In this document: positions 7,627-12,043 of the stretch, piece after piece
Position numbering within the stretch: position 1 is the stretch's first letter
How the letters are laid out: every line of letters starts with the position of its first letter
Assembly (NCBI GenBank): GCA_040756235.1
Contig: JBFLZG010000112.1
Span: forward strand, 1 to 12,043
Reading direction: 5' to 3'
DNA: 12,043 bases
Source: a bacterium
Lineage (GTDB): Bacteria > Desulfobacterota > DSWW01
The notes under the pieces: generated by a model
The model's input: the letters and a program-made list of their open reading frames with translations, nothing else
Database searches by the model: none
What the model was told of the DNA's origin: nothing
Program-made: the position numbers and the translations under genes

Positions 7627-9063
7627 ATGCGACCTCCGATCCCGCCCATTCCGGCCCGCCCGTCGATATACGGTATCGATCCCGCTCTCGTGGAACGAAG
7701 GGTGAGCGAGCTTCCCGGCATGACCTCGGTCGACCTGCGCGAGCTCTTTCCCGATCTGCCGGCCGTGATTTATCCCGGCAGCGAGGGGGTGCGCGCGGTC
7801 CGCCGGCGCACCGAGGAGGCGCTCCGGGGCGTGGACATGAGCCGCATCAAGCCGGAGCACAAGGTGAACATCTGCGCCTCCCATCACGGCTTCACGCTGC
7901 TCGGCGGCGAACCGTACGCGGAAATGCTCAAGACCATCCGCGACGTGATCGCAGAGCGGACCGGCTGCAGGAATGTGCGCCTGAGGGCCGGCGTCGGCCT
8001 GCGTTTTCGCGAGACCGAGGAGTACATCCGGCGCTACCGGCTGGACGAGCACTTTGGCGGAAAAGCCATAGGGGTGGCGCCGGTCGACGAGGGCGTGCCG
8101 ATTGCAACCGAAATCGGCACGCTTTACGGGATCAAGCGCATCTACGACGCCGACTGGATCGTGCACGCCCACAACAGCGACGTGCGCGAGGTGCACTTCC
8201 ACCGCATGGTGGACCGGGCGGTAAAACCGTTCGCCATGTCCTATGCCCGCATCGAGACACGCTCCACCTACCACCAGAACCTCGGCCCTCGGGCCGCCAA
8301 CTTCACGGCCCGAGCCATCTTCGACTCGCCTTTCGTGCAGGAGAAGTTCGCCTTCGCCTGCTTCCTGACCGTGGTTCCCAACGGCATCCTCGGAGTCGAT
8401 GCCGATCGCGATCTCTACAGCCTGAACGAGCGCGTCACCGAGATCGGGTGCCGCTATTACGGCAAGATGATGAACCTGTTCGGCGAGATCGACGAATGCA
8501 TCGCCGCGCTCGACTTCCCCTGCCCGGTCGTCTACGTCTTCTCAGCCGGGGTGATCTACGCCAACTTCGCCGGCGCCAACACCGACCTGTTCGATCTGGA
8601 GATGCCCCTTCCCGCCTACACCTGGTACACCGAGGCTTTCTACGGAAAGAAGGGCCGCCCGCTCCTGCCCGACATCCCGAGCCTCAACCCCGCTATCAGG
8701 ATGTGCGTGCACAATTATGCCTGGACCGGGTACCCGAGCGCCTTCTTCAGCGAGCACATCCCGACGGTCGTGGTCGGCCGGCAGCAGGCGGAGCTGTTCA
8801 ACCGCGACCCCCAGAACCTCAACTACATGAGACACGCGGTCCTCGCCGCCTCGACCGAGGGCGCCCTGGGATTCGCCCGCAAGACGACCGGAACCGAGAA
8901 GATCCTGGTCTTCGACGGCGCTCCCGGCGGCATCAACCTGAGCCCGCCGCTGCGCGACTTCCTGCTGCAGAAGGCGCCCGCGGTGAGCCGCCGGGTCGAC
9001 CGGGAGCTTCTCCCCAAGTGGCTCAAGCAGCGCGGGGTCACGACTCCCGCGTGCCAAGCCTGA
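7627..9063 (+). CDS. Uncharacterised 478-aa protein, probable divergent lactate racemase (LarA/DUF2088) superfamily member
   Basis: Long ORF behind AGGGAG, 6 nt after the Fe-S gene. Segment GTLYGIKRIYDADWIV followed by H190-x9-K200-x15-H216 parallels LarA H174/K184/H200. The C-terminal STEGALGFARK...KILVFDG also resembles the LarA tail. The CDS itself is near certain; the family is inferred. Confidence 0.6.
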   Translation: MRPPIPPIPARPSIYGIDPALVERRVSELPGMTSVDLRELFPDLPAVIYPGSEGVRAVRRRTEEALRGVDMSRIKPEHKVNICASHHGFTLLGGEPYAEMLKTIRDVIAERTGCRNVRLRAGVGLRFRETEEYIRRYRLDEHFGGKAIGVAPVDEGVPIATEIGTLYGIKRIYDADWIVHAHNSDVREVHFHRMVDRAVKPFAMSYARIETRSTYHQNLGPRAANFTARAIFDSPFVQEKFAFACFLTVVPNGILGVDADRDLYSLNERVTEIGCRYYGKMMNLFGEIDECIAALDFPCPVVYVFSAGVIYANFAGANTDLFDLEMPLPAYTWYTEAFYGKKGRPLLPDIPSLNPAIRMCVHNYAWTGYPSAFFSEHIPTVVVGRQQAELFNRDPQNLNYMRHAVLAASTEGALGFARKTTGTEKILVFDGAPGGINLSPPLRDFLLQKAPAVSRRVDRELLPKWLKQRGVTTPACQA

Positions 9064-9084
9064 GCCATCCGACCGCGGGCTTGC

Positions 9085-11130
9085 TCAGAAGACCGCGCGC
9101 ACGCCTCCCCAGACGATCCTGCCGGGCATGGCCTTGCCGGGGTCGTCCTCGTAGTATTCGTCGAGGACGTTCTGCACGTCCAGGTAGACTTCCACGTGCC
9201 AGTCGGAGCTCGCCGTGAAGGGGTACTTCTGGCCGACGTGGATGTCCCAGATCCCCCTGGCCGGGAGCTCCGCGGCCTGGGCTTCGGGCGGGGTCCCGCC
9301 TATCGTCTCGTACTTCTGAGGGGACACGTACCCGTAGCGGCTGTTCACGCTGAGGCCGAAGGAGGTCCAGTAGTAGGCTTGAATGCTGAACGCGTGCGGC
9401 GGCCGGAAGTCGAGCTCCTCCACGACCCGTTCCGGTCTCTTGTCCTCGGTATCGAGGTACGTGTAGTTGAAGAGCAGCCGCGCCTCGTCGACGGGGTCCC
9501 AGAACAGGGAAAGCTCGATCCCCTGGATCAAAGCTTCGTCGACGTTCTCGAGCGTGAAAGTGTTTCCTTCCTCTTTCTTCCCGATCAGGTCGTCGACCTC
9601 GCTGCGGAAAAAGGCCACCGAGCCGCCGGGGATCCGCTCCGGGAGATTCGACTCGAACCCGACCTCGTAGTTCAGCGACGACTGCTCCGAAAGGTTCGCA
9701 TTCCCGCCCACGCTCGAGTACAGCTCCCGCATGGTCGGGAAGGTGGTCTTCCTGCCGGCCGAAATGTGGGCCGTCACGTACGGATGCGGCCGGACGAGGA
9801 GCCCGGCCTGGAAATCCACCGCCTCCTCGTCATCCCCGGGGTCCGCCTCGAATGCCTTGAGCTTCCGGTTCAGGTTGTAACCGACGCCCCCCACCACACT
9901 CAGCCAGTCGAGGGGCCGCACCTCGTCTTCGAGCCCGAACGAGAAGATCTCCGCCTCGTAGGTCTCCCAAGGGTCGCCCTTGGCGTTCTGAATCCGGATG
10001 CGGTCGCGCTCGTAGCGGAAGGCCCCTTTGAGGTGGCTGGCGGGCCCCAGGTTCCAGGTCGGGTTCAGGAAGTACCCGGCGATGTAGTTGTCGTACGTGG
10101 AAATGGCGCTTCCGTCGTCCGCGATCTCTTCGATCGTCGAGTCGGTGTAGGTCTCGACCTCGTTGTCGAACTTGTTGTAGTAGCCCTGGACCTTCACCCC
10201 CAGGGAGTCCGTGATCGCCCACTCTCCCGAGCCGTTCACGTACCAGCGGTCCCAGTTCTTGCGCCACAGGGTAGAGGGATCCACCATGCCGAAGGGCACG
10301 CCGCCTTGGAAGGAGTAGTAGCCGCCTGCCACGGCAGCGGAGGCCTTGCTCCCCAGGTCGAGTCCCACGCGGCCGGTCACATCGTAGCGCTCGTAGTCGC
10401 TGTTCTCGCGCAGCTGCCCCTGCTGGTCCTCCGTGCCCGGGAAATCGCCCGAGATGGGAAACCCGTCCGAGCGGTCGTAGCTCCCCCCCACGACATAACG
10501 GAAAGGGCCGACCATGCCCCGGTTCTGCCCCAGGGAGCGGAACGTCTTGTAGTCCGCGAAGCGCTGGTCCAGGATGGTGCGCTGGGCGTCCCCCTCCTGG
10601 GTCACGATGTTCACGATGCCGCCGGCCGTGTTCGGCCCGTACAGGACCGACGAGGGCCCCTTGGTCACCGTGATCTTCGCCACGTTGTCCAGCAGGATCT
10701 GGTTGAGGTCCACCCGCTTCATGTAGGGCTCGGTCAGGGGCATGCCGTCCAGCAGGATCAGCACATTCGTGGTCTCGAAGCCCCGCAGGCGCAGGAGGGA
10801 CTCCTGCTTGCCGTTGCCGGCCAGGGAACCCACCGAGAAGCCGACCTCGGCGCCCGGGGTCTGCGCGAGAGCGTCCGCGACCGTGTAAGCGCTCCACGCC
10901 TGGAAGTCCTCCCGGGTGATCTCGGTCACGGTCGCGACCTCGGCCGCCGCAGGCCTTTCTTCCGTGACCACGACCTCGCCCAGCTCGTAAACGTTGTCCG
11001 GCGCCGATTCGCCCCAGGCAGCCTCTCCAGGCGACAACAGCCATGTTGCCGTCAGGAGAAAACCCACCGGGACAACCATCCTAGCCGGTATGACTGCCCA
11101 TTTAGCCGCCGCTCTCGCGTCCCGAGGCAT
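9085..11130 (-). CDS. TonB-dependent outer-membrane receptor, up to 681 aa
   Basis: Signal-peptide-like N-terminus, TonB-box-like YELGEVVVT, plug motifs VADALAQTPG, LRLRGF, ILLDGMPL, VTKGPSSVLYGPNTAGGIVNIVT, barrel motif NVLDEYY...PGR and a C-terminal Phe. The start may be the later Met (MVVPVG). Confidence 0.93.
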   Translation of the reverse strand: MPRDARAAAKWAVIPARMVVPVGFLLTATWLLSPGEAAWGESAPDNVYELGEVVVTEERPAAAEVATVTEITREDFQAWSAYTVADALAQTPGAEVGFSVGSLAGNGKQESLLRLRGFETTNVLILLDGMPLTEPYMKRVDLNQILLDNVAKITVTKGPSSVLYGPNTAGGIVNIVTQEGDAQRTILDQRFADYKTFRSLGQNRGMVGPFRYVVGGSYDRSDGFPISGDFPGTEDQQGQLRENSDYERYDVTGRVGLDLGSKASAAVAGGYYSFQGGVPFGMVDPSTLWRKNWDRWYVNGSGEWAITDSLGVKVQGYYNKFDNEVETYTDSTIEEIADDGSAISTYDNYIAGYFLNPTWNLGPASHLKGAFRYERDRIRIQNAKGDPWETYEAEIFSFGLEDEVRPLDWLSVVGGVGYNLNRKLKAFEADPGDDEEAVDFQAGLLVRPHPYVTAHISAGRKTTFPTMRELYSSVGGNANLSEQSSLNYEVGFESNLPERIPGGSVAFFRSEVDDLIGKKEEGNTFTLENVDEALIQGIELSLFWDPVDEARLLFNYTYLDTEDKRPERVVEELDFRPPHAFSIQAYYWTSFGLSVNSRYGYVSPQKYETIGGTPPEAQAAELPARGIWDIHVGQKYPFTASSDWHVEVYLDVQNVLDEYYEDDPGKAMPGRIVWGGVRAVF

Positions 11131-11197
11131 GATCGTCGCCCCCCATATTTGCCCAGCTGTTGTCTGTCCGGAAGCGTCCCTGCCGCCGCCTCGGTTC

Positions 11198-11731
11198 TCA
11201 GTCGGGCTCCAGCAGGGTGATCGTCCCGCCGTCCATGTACTTCACCTGGTAGGCCGAAAGCGCCGAACCCCACGGGTGCTCCTCCCACCCCGTCTCCAGC
11301 CAGCCCTGATCGTTCCAGTACAAGAACCCATGCAGCATCTCTTGCCACCCGGGCAGCAGCGATTTGTCGTCGTAACGCTTCTTGAGCAGGTTGTACCCGT
11401 CCGTGGCGGTGAAGTCGTAGCGGTAGCCTTCGGGCGCGGACGTGATCCCGGATTCGATGATGAAGTCGGAAAGCCGGACGGCCGCCTCGCCGCTGAAGGT
11501 CGAGGTCACGATCCCTGCCAGCGGCGTCTCCACGGTCTGATCTCCGAGAACTACGAAAACCGTTTCCGGCCCTACCCACGGCTCGCCCGGAGTCCCGGTA
11601 TCTCTGCTTTCGTACGAGTCTTCATAGCCGTCCCACCCTTCGCCGCACCCGTTTGCAGCGATCAGGGCCGCGAGCCAGAAGAGAACAAGGAGGGAGCTAG
11701 GAAGCCTGTATCGCCCCTTCTGAAGGATCAT
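11198..11731 (-). CDS. Putative exported protein or lipoprotein upstream of the TonB-dependent receptor, 177 aa
   Basis: Strong GGAGAGGAG ribosome-binding site, basic N-terminus, hydrophobic stretch LLVLFWLAALIAA, then NGC (imperfect lipobox) and an acidic linker. Confidence 0.7.
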   Translation of the reverse strand: MILQKGRYRLPSSLLVLFWLAALIAANGCGEGWDGYEDSYESRDTGTPGEPWVGPETVFVVLGDQTVETPLAGIVTSTFSGEAAVRLSDFIIESGITSAPEGYRYDFTATDGYNLLKKRYDDKSLLPGWQEMLHGFLYWNDQGWLETGWEEHPWGSALSAYQVKYMDGGTITLLEPD

Positions 11732-11823
11732 CTTCGTCTCCTCTCCAGCAAGATGACTTCCCTTAGTACACGTTTGCCCCGTAGCGGGAGCGAGCTGGCC
11801 ACTGGGTGCGAGTGTCGGATGTT

Positions 11824-11847
11824 GCGAGGAGCTTCGGATCTCCTCGC
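11824..11847. other. Intergenic stem-loop
   Basis: GCGAGGAG-cttcggat-CTCCTCGC, a perfect 8-bp stem; no U-tract on either strand. Confidence 0.4.
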
Positions 11848-11865
11848 TCGCGATTCAGCCGTGGT

Positions 11866-11898
11866 GGGTGGACACGCCTGCGGCTTTGTCCACCCTAC
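11866..11898 (-). repeat. GTAG-type REP-like palindrome
   Basis: Minus strand reads GTAG-GGTGGACA-AAGCCGCAGGCG-TGTCCACC-C: a GTAG tetranucleotide directly followed by an inverted repeat, about 35 bp downstream of a stop codon. Only one copy is in the window. Confidence 0.6.
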
Positions 11899-11932
11899 CG
11901 AGCGTTCACGCAGCTCGCTCGAGTCGCATCTT

Positions 11933-12043
11933 TCAGTGCACCGGTGGCTGCCCCGTCGGATCTGCCGGCCCGGAGACTCTACGTTCCTGTTCGCGCAGCG
12001 CCGTCTCCGGGTCTTTCCCCGTCAGCACCTCCTGCATGGTCGC
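11933..12043 (-). CDS. 3' end of a gene truncated by the window edge, possibly an ABC-transporter solute-binding protein
   Basis: Open frame ATMQEVLTGKDPETALREQERRVSGPADPTGQPPVH-stop. QEVLTGKDPETAL resembles the C-terminal helix of family-1 solute-binding proteins. Only 36 residues are visible. Confidence 0.4.
   Translation of the reverse strand, partial: ATMQEVLTGKDPETALREQERRVSGPADPTGQPPVH

Noticed and set aside
7398..9218. 606-aa plus-strand ORF and other alternative-frame ORFs across the operon
   Set aside because: Arg/Pro-rich off-frame reads overlapping better-supported genes.
9196..11220. 674-aa plus-strand ORF
   Set aside because: Antisense shadow of the TonB-dependent receptor, which has clear family motifs.
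11732..11932. Cobalamin or Moco riboswitch upstream of the lipoprotein-receptor pair
   Set aside because: The conserved elements were not found in the right order; the visible structure is explained by a REP-like palindrome and a simple hairpin. An Rfam scan would settle it.
1..12043. CRISPR array, tRNA, rRNA, transposase or integrase
   Set aside because: No regularly spaced direct repeats, RNA-gene signatures or recombinase motifs were seen.

Overview
GC-rich bacterial window, probably from a Gram-negative organism because it carries a TonB-dependent receptor. Left: a minus-strand pair, a nitronate monooxygenase/FabK-family flavoprotein and a SAM-dependent O-methyltransferase. A ~235-bp MITE-like element with terminal inverted repeats lies just upstream of this pair. 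Centre (2495-9063): an apparent seven-gene plus-strand operon. It joins the lower meta-cleavage trio (mhpD hydratase, mhpF acylating aldehyde dehydrogenase, mhpE aldolase) to four genes not normally in that pathway. These are a NadC/QPRTase-fold protein with altered substrate-binding motifs, a CinA-N/MoCF-domain protein, a 2x[4Fe-4S] plus BFD-like Fe-S protein, and a 478-aa protein whose H-x9-K-x15-H pattern matches the nickel-pincer-binding residues of lactate racemase LarA. No dioxygenase, ring-fission hydrolase or larB/C/E is present in the window. This operon is the best candidate for an undescribed system: an oxygen-independent route to 2-oxopent-4-enoate that may use a pyridine-nucleotide-derived cofactor or intermediate. 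Right: a convergent minus-strand TonB-dependent receptor, a putative lipoprotein, a GTAG-type REP-like palindrome and the 3' end of a truncated gene. All family assignments come from reading motifs by eye; no searches were run.
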